DNA of 64,000 bases, from NCBI GenBank assembly GCA_017394805.1, contig JAFPXC010000028.1:7917-71916 (forward strand). The letters are read 5' to 3'. The notes under the pieces were generated by a model. That model worked only from the letters and a program-made list of their open reading frames with translations. It had not been told where the DNA came from and did no database searches. Position 1 is the stretch's first letter. Each line of letters begins with the position of its first letter. A program made the translations under genes and the position numbers. Shown in pieces: positions 1 through 8,077 of the stretch. The stretch comes from Clostridia bacterium. Its GTDB lineage: Bacteria; Bacillota; Clostridia; Christensenellales; CAG-1252.

Positions 1-122
1 TCGCGCTCGGCACGCGCGGTGTTTTCTTTGACCGCGGACTCCGCGCCCGACCGTATCTCGGCGACCTTTTGGGCGGCCTCCGCCTCGATGGCGTCTAATA
101 ATTGCTGTTTGCCCGATTCCAT
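1..122 (-). CDS. ntpE: V-type ATP synthase subunit E, N-terminal fragment (continues past window start)
   Basis: Minus-strand ATG at 122-120 gives MESGKQQLLDAIEAEAAQKVAEIRSGAESAVKENTARAE... with no stop before position 1. The ATG overlaps the TAA of the K gene by 1 nt (TAATG). Its position after I and K matches V-type operon order. Confidence 0.6.
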   Translation of the reverse strand, partial: MESGKQQLLDAIEAEAAQKVAEIRSGAESAVKENTARAER

Positions 123-571
123 TACTTCAACATAATGCCCAAGACCAAGGCCAAAATCGCGTAGAACTCGATCATGGCGGGGAACAGGACGTATTTGCCG
201 CTGCCCGCGCTGTTTTTGCCCACGGCGGCGATACACGCACCGGCCGCTTTGCCCTGCAAAGCGCCCGAAGCCAAACCGCTGAAGCCCATGGCCACGGTGG
301 CGCCGAACAACGCCCAACCGCCCGTGACGCCTTCGGCGCCCGGGGCAAGCGCGTTGAGAGCGGAAATCTTCATAACCGCCAAGACGAAGCCGTAGATACC
401 TTGCGTAGCAGGCAACAGGGACAAAAGAATGATTTTGGAGAACTTCTTGCCGTCCTCCGCCAACACGCCCGCCGAAGCGGCGCCCGTCTTGTACAAGCCG
501 AACGCACTACCAACGCCGCACAAAATCATACACAGCGCGATACCGATTGCACCAATCGCTTTTCCTTCCAT
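122..571 (-). CDS. ntpK: V-type ATP synthase proteolipid subunit K (4-TM c-ring subunit)
   Basis: 149 aa, Gly/Ala-rich with four hydrophobic helices. Motifs LLPATQGIYGF, LQGKAAG and PAMIEFYAIL resemble enterococcal NtpK. GGAGG lies 7-8 nt upstream of the ATG. Confidence 0.9.
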   Translation of the reverse strand: MEGKAIGAIGIALCMILCGVGSAFGLYKTGAASAGVLAEDGKKFSKIILLSLLPATQGIYGFVLAVMKISALNALAPGAEGVTGGWALFGATVAMGFSGLASGALQGKAAGACIAAVGKNSAGSGKYVLFPAMIEFYAILALVLGIMLK

Positions 572-664
572 ATTGTTTTCCTCCGATATTTATCCGCCGA
601 AGCGGTATTTTACTTGACGATTTCCACAAGGGAAATTGTTTGCGGGCGGCGAGGCCGCACCGAA

Positions 665-2695
665 TTATTGCTCCTTGCCGCCGGCAAAGTAGACGTGCTC
701 GTGCGTACTGCCGATGGGGGTGAACAACTCGCCCTCCCCCTCGAAGAAACGCCCGAAGAACTCCACGTATTGAAGTCTGGAGTCGTGAATGTAGGCGCCC
801 AAGAGGCTCATGGCAATGTTGAACAAGTTGCCGACCACAATGATGAGAACGCCGAAGATGACGCCCACGGGACCCTTGGAGAACAAGGTCTCTATGGCCA
901 ACGTCTTGGTGAAGATGGCGGCAATTTGCGCGCCCGACAACATAAGACCGTACAAACGCGCATACGAGAGAATGTCGGACATATAGTTGATGAGGCCGTA
1001 GGCGGCGCCACCTATCTTGGTGATCTTGCCGAAACCTTTGGCCGTAATGCCCGAAGTGAGAACGCCTACGCCGATGAAGCCCAGCGTGACGTACATAGCG
1101 ATATTGTCGAAGGTGACGCGCTCGGAAGCCATAGCGAACACCCACACGACGAAGGACAGCATACCCAGCCCCCATACGACGCCGCCGAAGAGGCCGTCCA
1201 ATATCTCGTGACGACGGAAGTGCTGTACCGCTTTGAGAAACAAGCCCGCCGCAATCTGCACCACGCCCAAGCCCAAACACCACAGCAAAATGGAGGGCAC
1301 AGAAATGCCCATAATGGTGGTGGGCGCACCGATGGCGTCCAGATATTTGGCGTAAAACTCGGCGTAGGTGCCGTCGAACGCGCCGATATGGAACGGTTTG
1401 GCGCCCGCGACCGTGCGCAGAAGGTCGAAACCGAACCAACTGTCGAAGAGTACGCCGAAACAAATGGCGAAAATGCCGCCCAAGGCAAACACCTTGGCCA
1501 TGCGATACAAGCCCGTGCCGGGGCGACGCTTGGACGCGACAACCAAACCGCCTATAAGCATTAACAAGCCGTAGACGGCGTCCGCCATGATGACGCCCAT
1601 AAAAAGGGAGAAGAAGAAACTCATGACGGGATTGGGATCCAACGCGCCGTAGGCGGGCGCGGAATACATATTGGTGACGGCCTCGAAGTTGGAGACCACC
1701 TTGTTGTTTTTCATCAAAGTGGGGGCGTACTCGTTGCGCGGAATGGGCGAAGCCTCCACGAAAACGGCGGACGTGGCGGCCTGGGCGGCCTCGGCCACGC
1801 GCTCTACGGCCTCGGTGGGGACGTAGGCCTCCATGACGAAGGTGGACGTGGTGGCGAGCATACCCTCGCTGGCCGTCTCCTTCTCGGAAACGAAGGTGAG
1901 ATAGTCCGCGTACAGCCTGAGAAGGCGCACGTCGTCCATATAGGAACAGGCCTCTTCCGCCAAGGCGGAAAGCGCGCGTTGCGCCTCGTCGGCGGCCTCG
2001 TCGAGAGAGGCAACTTTGGCCTCGGCGGTGCACTCGTCCCGATAGGGGGCGCGCACGAAACCGACGGCGGAAAGAAGCGCGTCAACCTCTGCTCTGTAGG
2101 TATGGAAAAAGACCAACCCGACGACGACGCCCGTGGACGCCGAACCGAATTGGTGGGTAACGAGGGTGGGAATTGCGGACAAATCCGCCAAAGCGGCGGC
2201 GACTTTGTCCGAGGGAAGAAGGCCTAAATAGACGCAGGTCTTGGCCGTGTCGACGAAGGCGGAAAAGGGACTGCCGACCGAGAGGTACGGCTCGTAATTC
2301 TTGCGCTCCTGCTGAATGCGGGAAATATCCGCGCGGAGAGAGGTCTGCCGCTCGGCAAGCGACTCGGCGCGGGCAAGCGCACAATCTATCTCTTCCTTGC
2401 GGTCGGCTACCGCGTAAAACTCGTCCAAGGTGACGCCGAAGCCGTCCTTGGGAAGCCCCGCGCGCATCTCCTTGGGCGCCTCGTAGATGAGGGACAAGAG
2501 AAAATCGAGGTCGCGCGAAACGCGGTCGGCCGTGCGCGCCGTGTCCGTAGCGGGAAGGGAAAGGAAAGGAACGTCCTCGCGCTCGGCGCACGCAAAGACC
2601 TGCGCCGCACCCGTGCGCTGTAGGGCGTTGAGCAAGCGATCCCGCTCGGCTGTGAGACCTAAGAAGGTCACGTGGGACATCTCAGCAACCGCCAT
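665..2695 (-). CDS. ntpI: V-type ATP synthase subunit I (membrane a-subunit)
   Basis: 676 aa with a soluble coiled N-terminal half and a polytopic C-terminal half (…RLQYVEFFGRFFEGEG…), typical of subunit I. An alternative start at ATG 2680 lies 1 nt after the stop of the upstream gene. Confidence 0.9.
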   Translation of the reverse strand: MAVAEMSHVTFLGLTAERDRLLNALQRTGAAQVFACAEREDVPFLSLPATDTARTADRVSRDLDFLLSLIYEAPKEMRAGLPKDGFGVTLDEFYAVADRKEEIDCALARAESLAERQTSLRADISRIQQERKNYEPYLSVGSPFSAFVDTAKTCVYLGLLPSDKVAAALADLSAIPTLVTHQFGSASTGVVVGLVFFHTYRAEVDALLSAVGFVRAPYRDECTAEAKVASLDEAADEAQRALSALAEEACSYMDDVRLLRLYADYLTFVSEKETASEGMLATTSTFVMEAYVPTEAVERVAEAAQAATSAVFVEASPIPRNEYAPTLMKNNKVVSNFEAVTNMYSAPAYGALDPNPVMSFFFSLFMGVIMADAVYGLLMLIGGLVVASKRRPGTGLYRMAKVFALGGIFAICFGVLFDSWFGFDLLRTVAGAKPFHIGAFDGTYAEFYAKYLDAIGAPTTIMGISVPSILLWCLGLGVVQIAAGLFLKAVQHFRRHEILDGLFGGVVWGLGMLSFVVWVFAMASERVTFDNIAMYVTLGFIGVGVLTSGITAKGFGKITKIGGAAYGLINYMSDILSYARLYGLMLSGAQIAAIFTKTLAIETLFSKGPVGVIFGVLIIVVGNLFNIAMSLLGAYIHDSRLQYVEFFGRFFEGEGELFTPIGSTHEHVYFAGGKEQ

Positions 2696-3002
2696 CGAAC
2701 ACTATCTCCGTAAGATAATCGACCAATCCGTCGACCTTGGCCATGCCTTCCGTGCGAATGCGCTCGCACTCCGCGGCGTACTCCGCGGCGATATGCTCGG
2801 CCTGACGGGTGGCGTGCACCTCGGCCTCGGACAAGGCGTAGGCTCTGCGGGAACGGGCGCGCTCTTTGCCGTCCGCCCACATGGCTTCGATTTGGCGTTG
2901 GTTGTCGCGTAAGGCCTGTGCGGCCGCTTCCTCGGCGCGGGCGACGGACGCTTCCGCCTGCCCTTCGGCCTGTCGTACGCTCTCTAAAATATCATCCAGC
3001 AT
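2682..3002 (-). CDS. small V-type ATPase peripheral-stalk subunit (NtpF / subunit G/H-like)
   Basis: 106 aa, Ala/Glu/Arg-rich predicted coiled coil. It is the first gene of the operon, directly before subunit I. GAGGAGAG RBS upstream. Confidence 0.55.
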   Translation of the reverse strand: MLDDILESVRQAEGQAEASVARAEEAAAQALRDNQRQIEAMWADGKERARSRRAYALSEAEVHATRQAEHIAAEYAAECERIRTEGMAKVDGLVDYLTEIVFDGGC

Positions 3003-3046
3003 ATTTCTCTCCTCTACGTATGCGCGGGCATACAGAGTTTTATATC

Positions 3047-3076
3047 ATTATACGATACGTTGACTGCGCTTGTCAA
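3047..3076 (-). promoter_or_regulatory. sigma-A type promoter of the V-ATPase operon
   Basis: On the minus strand TTGACA (3076-3071), an 18-nt spacer, then TATAAT (3052-3047), about 45 nt upstream of the first ATG. A GTATGC/GCATAC hairpin sits in the short leader. Confidence 0.55.
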
Positions 3077-3116
3077 TAGCGAGTTTTCGCCGCGGCGAAA
3101 GGAAGTGACGTTGGGC

Positions 3117-3202
3117 CTCTACTTAGGGGATTCCTCGATAAACTCGGAATGACGTATCAGCCTACTCTACTTAGGGGATTCCTCGATAAACTCGGAATGA
3201 CG
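3117..3202. repeat. perfect 38-nt tandem direct repeat (CTCTACTTAGGGGATTCCTCGATAAACTCGGAATGACG x2)
   Basis: Copies at 3117-3154 and 3165-3202 are identical with a 10-nt spacer. They sit immediately after the ktrA stop. Same family as the elements at 20083-20222 and 23588-23632. Confidence 0.85.
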
Positions 3203-3203
3203 G

Positions 3204-3884
3204 TTACTTGTCGTCGCTGTCGAACTTGTCCAATAACTCCAAATTGTCCAACTTGCCGACGAGATACAGAATGTCGCCCTCGGCGAAACAGTAGGTCGGC
3301 TCAACGTTGTCCAAAACGCCCGCCTGCGTCTCGATGGCGATGATGTTGAGGTGGAAGGTGTTGCGTAAATCCACCTCTTTGACCGACTTGCCCACGAGCC
3401 CCGCGGGCACTTTGAGCTTGCTCATGTTGATTTGCTCGGACAAGGAGACCACGTCCATCAAGTGAGAGTTGCCGAGTTTGGTGGCCAAACGCACCGCCAT
3501 ATCGTGCTCGGGGAAAACGACCTCGGCACCCAACTTCTGCAAAATCTTGCCGTGCATCACGTTGGCCGCCTTGCTGACGACCTTGGGCACGCCCATATTG
3601 ATGAGGAGCAGCGTGGCCAAAATGGAACTGTCCACGTGCTCGGTGAGGGTGACGACCACGACGTCGCAATTTTGAATGCCCGTCTCGAGGAGACTGCGTT
3701 CGTCGATATTGTCCAAAATAAGGGCGTCGGGCGTAAGATCGCGCGCTTCGGTGACCGCGTCGGCGTCGGTGTCCAACAACAGCAGATCCGCACCCGTCTT
3801 GGAAAGCTCGGCGGCTAATTCCAACCCGAAACGCTCAAGTCCTATGACGCCGTAGGCGAATCGGCCTCTTCTCTTCTTAAACAT
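3204..3884 (-). CDS. ktrA: K+ uptake system peripheral NAD-binding subunit (KtrA/TrkA-type, RCK domain)
   Basis: 226 aa with an N-terminal Rossmann-type stretch (GVIGLERFGLELAAELSKTGADLLLLD) and a TrkA-C-like C-terminal half. GGAGG RBS. Immediately downstream of ktrB. Confidence 0.9.
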   Translation of the reverse strand: MFKKRRGRFAYGVIGLERFGLELAAELSKTGADLLLLDTDADAVTEARDLTPDALILDNIDERSLLETGIQNCDVVVVTLTEHVDSSILATLLLINMGVPKVVSKAANVMHGKILQKLGAEVVFPEHDMAVRLATKLGNSHLMDVVSLSEQINMSKLKVPAGLVGKSVKEVDLRNTFHLNIIAIETQAGVLDNVEPTYCFAEGDILYLVGKLDNLELLDKFDSDDK

Positions 3885-3893
3885 AGTTGCCTC

Positions 3894-5240
3894 CTACCCG
3901 ATGGTGATATTGCCGTCGGGATAATGCGTGCGTTTGCCCGCAGAATGATACCACATGGTGAGTACTGTCAAGGGGCTGACACGGCCTATGTACATAAGCA
4001 AACAGAACCACAATCTCGTGGCCGTGCCGTACTGGGTGGTGATGCCCGTGCTCATGCCCGCAGTGCTAAAAGCACTGATATTCTCGAAAATGACGTCGCG
4101 AATGGAGAGTTGCGGCTCCAACCAAGACACCAAAAAGACGCCGAACAAACACAAGGCAAGGGAAAGCGTGGTGACCACGTTGGCCTTGTGATAGGCCTCG
4201 CGCGGAATGGTGTAGTGGAAGGCGTGCCCCTCGCGGTTGATGGCGACCGTCTTGAGCTCTTGCAGCAAGACGAACAAGGTGGTGGTGCGAATGCCGCCCG
4301 TGGTACTGCCGGGGGCGCAACCGATGAACATCCATACGCCGATGACGATGAGCGCGCCGTTGGAGAACTGCGAAAGGTCGTAGGTGGTGAAGCCAGCCAT
4401 ACGCGCGGCCTCGGCCTGGAAGAAGGCACCGAGCCAGGTGATGCGGTCGTACTGCGTGAGTTTGACGAGCAAGGTGCCGATGACGGCCAAGGAAAAGCCC
4501 ATCAAAAGAACGACCTTGGTGTGCAAGGTGAGGCGGCGCCAGCGGAAGCGGTTGTCGATGAGGTCGCGGACGACCAAGAAGCCCAAGCCGCCGCTCATCA
4601 TAATGCCGACCGTGACCAAATTGAACCATACGTTGTGCCTAAACTCGAAAATGCTCTGCCCGCCGAAGATATCCATGCCCGCGTTGTTGAACGCGGCGAT
4701 GGTGTGGAACACGCTGAGCTCGATGGCGCGAAGAGCGGGATAGTACTGCATGAGAATGAGGAAAGATAAAAGCGTACCAACCGTCTCGAAAACCAACGTG
4801 GCGGTAAGTACGCTGACCACGAAGCGGGCGATGGAACGCCCCGAATTGAGGTTCATGCTCTCGGCGAGCAGAAGTCGCTCCTTGAGGTTGATGCGGCGGC
4901 GCATCATAAGCACCAAGCCGGCGCCCCAGGCCGTGACGCCCAATCCGCCTATCTCCATGAGAATGGCCAACACCGTGCGGCCGAACGGAGAGAACGTGCG
5001 CATGGGATTGACGACGCCCAAACCCGTGGTGGTGGAAGCGCTGGTGGCCATGTAGAGAGCGTCCATATAGGTGATATTGACGCCGTCGTAGGTGGCAGAG
5101 GGTAAACAAAGCATGGCCGCACCGAAGAAAATGAGCAAAATAAAACTGATCGCAACCAACCGCTGAGGGGGTTGCTTGCGAACGAAAGCGGCAATAACGT
5201 TGATGAATCTGCGATGGATACGCTGGTGCTCTTTCTTCAT
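3894..5240 (-). CDS. ktrB: K+ transporter membrane subunit (KtrB/TrkH family)
   Basis: 448 aa polytopic membrane protein with repeated pore-loop-like motifs (TTTGLG, NAGMD, GSTTGGIR, STAGMSTG) typical of the Trk/Ktr/HKT family. Confidence 0.9.
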   Translation of the reverse strand: MKKEHQRIHRRFINVIAAFVRKQPPQRLVAISFILLIFFGAAMLCLPSATYDGVNITYMDALYMATSASTTTGLGVVNPMRTFSPFGRTVLAILMEIGGLGVTAWGAGLVLMMRRRINLKERLLLAESMNLNSGRSIARFVVSVLTATLVFETVGTLLSFLILMQYYPALRAIELSVFHTIAAFNNAGMDIFGGQSIFEFRHNVWFNLVTVGIMMSGGLGFLVVRDLIDNRFRWRRLTLHTKVVLLMGFSLAVIGTLLVKLTQYDRITWLGAFFQAEAARMAGFTTYDLSQFSNGALIVIGVWMFIGCAPGSTTGGIRTTTLFVLLQELKTVAINREGHAFHYTIPREAYHKANVVTTLSLALCLFGVFLVSWLEPQLSIRDVIFENISAFSTAGMSTGITTQYGTATRLWFCLLMYIGRVSPLTVLTMWYHSAGKRTHYPDGNITIG

Positions 5241-5251
5241 AAAACCTACTT

Positions 5252-5280
5252 ATTATGACACAAAAACGAGCGACTGTCAA
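5252..5280 (-). promoter_or_regulatory. candidate sigma-A promoter of ktrBA
   Basis: Minus strand TTGACA (5280-5275), 17-nt spacer, CATAAT (5257-5252) preceded by TGT (extended -10-like). It implies a very short 5' UTR. Confidence 0.45.
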
Positions 5281-5299
5281 GTATTCTTAACTATGTATA

Positions 5300-5402
5300 T
5301 GCGCGGTATCTGCGTGCGCGCGTGAAAGAAAAACTTGTCAAATAGTCACAGTTGTATCTCCTCGAGGTGCGCGGTATATGCGTGCGCGTGTGAAAGAAAA
5401 AC
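5300..5402. repeat. two copies of a 35-nt direct repeat (33/35 identical), period 68 nt
   Basis: TGCGCGGTATCTGCGTGCGCGCGTGAAAGAAAAAC at 5300-5334 and TGCGCGGTATATGCGTGCgcgTGTGAAAGAAAAAC at 5368-5402. Each contains a GCGCG...CGCGC hairpin. Confidence 0.8.
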
Positions 5403-5418
5403 GGCGCGAAACGCGCCG
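5392..5418 (-). terminator. rho-independent terminator after the flavoprotein gene
   Basis: Minus strand: CGGCGCG-TTT-CGCGCCG stem-loop (5418-5402) followed by TTTTTCTTTC. Confidence 0.7.
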
Positions 5419-5459
5419 AGGAGAAACCGAGAAAAAACGAGAGAAAGGCAAGACGGCAG

Positions 5460-6635
5460 TCAACGCGCCGCGTGACAGCCCGCGATAAGCCCCGAAAGCC
5501 ACGCCCAATGGAGATTGTAGCCCCCGCAAAGCCCCGTGACGTCCACGACCTCGCCCGTAAAGTACAACCCGCGATGGGAAATCGACTGCAAGGACTCGTC
5601 CAGCGCAGAAAGCAACACGCCGCCACGGGCGACCTGCGCGTTGTCGAACCCCGTAGACTCGACGACCGTGAAGCGCCAGCCTTTGAGCACTGAAGAAAGT
5701 CGCTCGACCATAGCGCGCGTGACGGACGAAACGGGCAAATCCAAGGGAGAGAGGCCCGCCTCTTTGAGAAGGGCGTACGAGAGCGGCTTGTCGAACAAAC
5801 CGACGAGGAAGGTCTCGGCGGTGGGATAGACGCCCGAGCGAAGACGGGCAAACAAAAGAGAGCGAACCTCGGAAAGGGAAAGGCGGGGCAATAGGTCGAT
5901 GGAAACCTCGGCGCCCGCAGAGGCGAACGCGGACAACTGCATGACGGCAACGCCGCTGAGACCGTAGTCGGTGAACAGCACCTCGCCGTCCTCTACTCTG
6001 TCCCGCAAGGTAAGACGGCAGAACTGCCGACACCCTTTGAGAGAAGCGTAGCGGGGCCGTGTGCGCAAGGACACCAACGAAGGTACGAACGGCGCGAAAG
6101 GCACGTCGAGAGCGGCCGCCAAACGAAGCCCCGCGTCGGTAGCGCCCAACGAAGGCGAAGCCGAACTGCCGAGCGCGACCACGACGGCGTCGCCGAAATA
6201 GTCGCCGACGGACGTATGAACACGCCACGAATCACCGCGGGAAAGGGAAACGACCTCGGCCGAAACCGTGCGAACGCCGAGCGAAGCCGCCCGCAAAACG
6301 AGGCTGTCGGCCACCGATCGGGCTTGGTTGCTCCACGGGTAGAGCCGCCCCGCCTCGTCGGCGCGGGTGAGCACGCCCAAATCTTGCCAAAACTCGGTAA
6401 CGAGGGCGCTTTGGCTGAGAAAACCCGCCAACGTATCGGGGTTTTTGGTGCAATAGCAAGAAACGTCCACGACTCGATTGGACAAATTGCAACGTCCGTT
6501 GCCGCTGGCGAGAACCTTGCGCAAAGGCTTGCCGCCTCGCTCTATGAGAATGACCTCGGCCCCCGCAGAGCCTGCCGCCACGGCCGCCGTGTAACCCGAC
6601 GCGCCGCCGCCTAATATCACTACCCGTTTAGTCAT
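5460..6635 (-). CDS. NAD(P)/FAD-dependent oxidoreductase, HI0933/BaiN-like flavoprotein family
   Basis: The start is placed at ATG 6635 (MTKRVVILGGGASGYTAAVAAGSAGAEVILIERG..., a classic GxGxxG dinucleotide fold, followed by GNGRCNLSN, which I recall from this family). The 489-aa version in the ORF track is an N-terminal over-extension into the upstream gene. Confidence 0.8.
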   Translation of the reverse strand: MTKRVVILGGGASGYTAAVAAGSAGAEVILIERGGKPLRKVLASGNGRCNLSNRVVDVSCYCTKNPDTLAGFLSQSALVTEFWQDLGVLTRADEAGRLYPWSNQARSVADSLVLRAASLGVRTVSAEVVSLSRGDSWRVHTSVGDYFGDAVVVALGSSASPSLGATDAGLRLAAALDVPFAPFVPSLVSLRTRPRYASLKGCRQFCRLTLRDRVEDGEVLFTDYGLSGVAVMQLSAFASAGAEVSIDLLPRLSLSEVRSLLFARLRSGVYPTAETFLVGLFDKPLSYALLKEAGLSPLDLPVSSVTRAMVERLSSVLKGWRFTVVESTGFDNAQVARGGVLLSALDESLQSISHRGLYFTGEVVDVTGLCGGYNLHWAWLSGLIAGCHAAR

Positions 6636-8067
6636 CGTCCCGTCCTCCGTCTGTCGTCGTATCGCCCACATCGTCCGTATCGTCCGTATGTCCGTCGTCA
6701 TCCGCCGTAGAAGATTCGGCGGGAAGAGAAGCGTCCGTAGAACACTCGCCGTCCTCGCCTGCGGGCGCGGCATCTTCTGCCATCGACGTATCGGCAGGGG
6801 GCGAACCCTCGTCCGCAGACGGCAAAGCGGCGTCGGGAGAATCGGGCGAAGAGGCCGAAGACAAGCGCTCCAACTCGGCGAGCATCTTGTCGGCGCCGCC
6901 CGCATCGCGCCCGCCCGTGCCGCGCGCAAAGCGCAGGACGAAATAGGCGATAAACAACGCGCCCGAAATGCACGCGAATACGATGATGAGAATGGTAAAA
7001 ACGCTCTTTTTCGCTTTGGGCTTCTCGATAGTCTCCGGCTCGAGAAGGGAGAGGTAGCCGTCCAAAGCCGCCTGCACCTCTTCCACTGACTCCGCCTCGG
7101 CTAAATCGTGCTCGAGAAGGTCGGGGAAGGATAGATACAAGGCGTAGTCGGTGCCCGTAAGACTTTGCACGTAGGCGCTACCCTCGATGGCGGCGCGCAA
7201 GGTCTCGACGGCGCGGCGCTTGGCCTCGGTGAGCGTTCGCTCGGCGGCGGGCACGACGGGCGCGACCGACGAAGCGGCCGCGTCGTAATCCGCCCAACAG
7301 GCTTCCATATCCGAAGAAGCCGCGTACAATCCCAACGACAAAGTGGCCGACAAACACGAAGAAAACGCCGCGTTGACGGCGGTGGCGTCGGATAGATGCG
7401 TCGAGGTGAAGGCTTGGAAATCGTCCGCGCCGTCGGACACCCGATTGGCGGAAAACACGGGCGCGGCAAGGGCGGGCATATTCTCCCCCGCTCGGTAGGC
7501 GTTGACCTTGGCGACGACGAAGGCTATCTTTTGATTGACGGTCTCCTCTACCCGCAAAGTCCACGCATCGTACACTTCGTCGTACACGGGAAACGTGCGA
7601 ATGGTATCGAAAAAGTGGGTACGTATGCCCGTCATATCGTCCAACGTGGCGGCAAGCTCCACGTCGGCCTTGGCCTCGGAATAGGCGTCCAAAACGGCCG
7701 ACCACTCCCGCTCGGCGTAGCGGCGAACGTCCGTGGAAGAAAAGGAAATCGTGCGGTTGGTATGACTGAGACGGCTCTTGATCTCGGCCAAAGTGCAATC
7801 GCGGTGGTAGTAGCGGCGATAGAGGGGTACCTTGTCCAGATCCTCTTGCGAATACGCGGCGACCACCTCGGGATAGTCGAGCAAGGACTCGGCCTCCTCG
7901 AGCAAGGTGAGCACCTGCCCCGACGCGAAATTGTCGTACTCGGATAGGGCCGTGAGGATCTCACCAAGCCGCGCGGGATCGACCTCGGCGGACGAAAAGA
8001 GTGCGCACGGCGAAAACGCCGTGAGCACCAAAACGAGCACGAGGGAAAGGACGAAGATACGTTTCAT
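6628..8067 (-). CDS. hypothetical type-I membrane-anchored extracellular helical protein with acidic cytoplasmic tail
   Basis: Start at ATG 8067 (MKRIFVLSLVLVLVLTAFSPCALFSSAEV, a signal peptide). The body is helical and Ala/Glu-rich. TM helix SVFTILIIVFACISGALFIAYFVL, then a 100-aa D/T/P/S-rich tail. It overlaps the next gene by 8 nt. Confidence 0.7.
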   Translation of the reverse strand: MKRIFVLSLVLVLVLTAFSPCALFSSAEVDPARLGEILTALSEYDNFASGQVLTLLEEAESLLDYPEVVAAYSQEDLDKVPLYRRYYHRDCTLAEIKSRLSHTNRTISFSSTDVRRYAEREWSAVLDAYSEAKADVELAATLDDMTGIRTHFFDTIRTFPVYDEVYDAWTLRVEETVNQKIAFVVAKVNAYRAGENMPALAAPVFSANRVSDGADDFQAFTSTHLSDATAVNAAFSSCLSATLSLGLYAASSDMEACWADYDAAASSVAPVVPAAERTLTEAKRRAVETLRAAIEGSAYVQSLTGTDYALYLSFPDLLEHDLAEAESVEEVQAALDGYLSLLEPETIEKPKAKKSVFTILIIVFACISGALFIAYFVLRFARGTGGRDAGGADKMLAELERLSSASSPDSPDAALPSADEGSPPADTSMAEDAAPAGEDGECSTDASLPAESSTADDDGHTDDTDDVGDTTTDGGRDDD

Positions 8068-8077
8068 CAAAGTTGGA

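Noticed and set aside
401-2033. ORFs 401..1564 (+, 387 aa) and 507..2033 (-, 508 aa, Arg-rich) overlapping the V-ATPase subunit I gene
   Set aside because: These are alternative-frame or antisense ORFs typical of high-GC DNA. The 665..2695 frame encodes a recognisable subunit I with TM helices, while these encode R/G/H-rich nonsense.
5241-5459. c-di-AMP (ydaO/kimA-type) riboswitch upstream of ktrB, suggested by the K+ transporter context and the pseudo-symmetric direct repeat
   Set aside because: I could not find the conserved ydaO core segments as I remember them (GGGGA.CC.., ACGGGG, CCGAACCCG). The best promoter candidate lies only about 12 nt upstream of the ATG, leaving no room for an aptamer. 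An Infernal scan is needed to be certain.
6636-6929. N-terminal 98-codon extension of the flavoprotein ORF (track version 5460..6929)
   Set aside because: The extension lies entirely inside the 3' end of the upstream gene in another frame and is Arg/Pro-rich. The GxGxxG fold begins right after the internal ATG at 6635, which forms an ATGACTAA overlap with the upstream stop.
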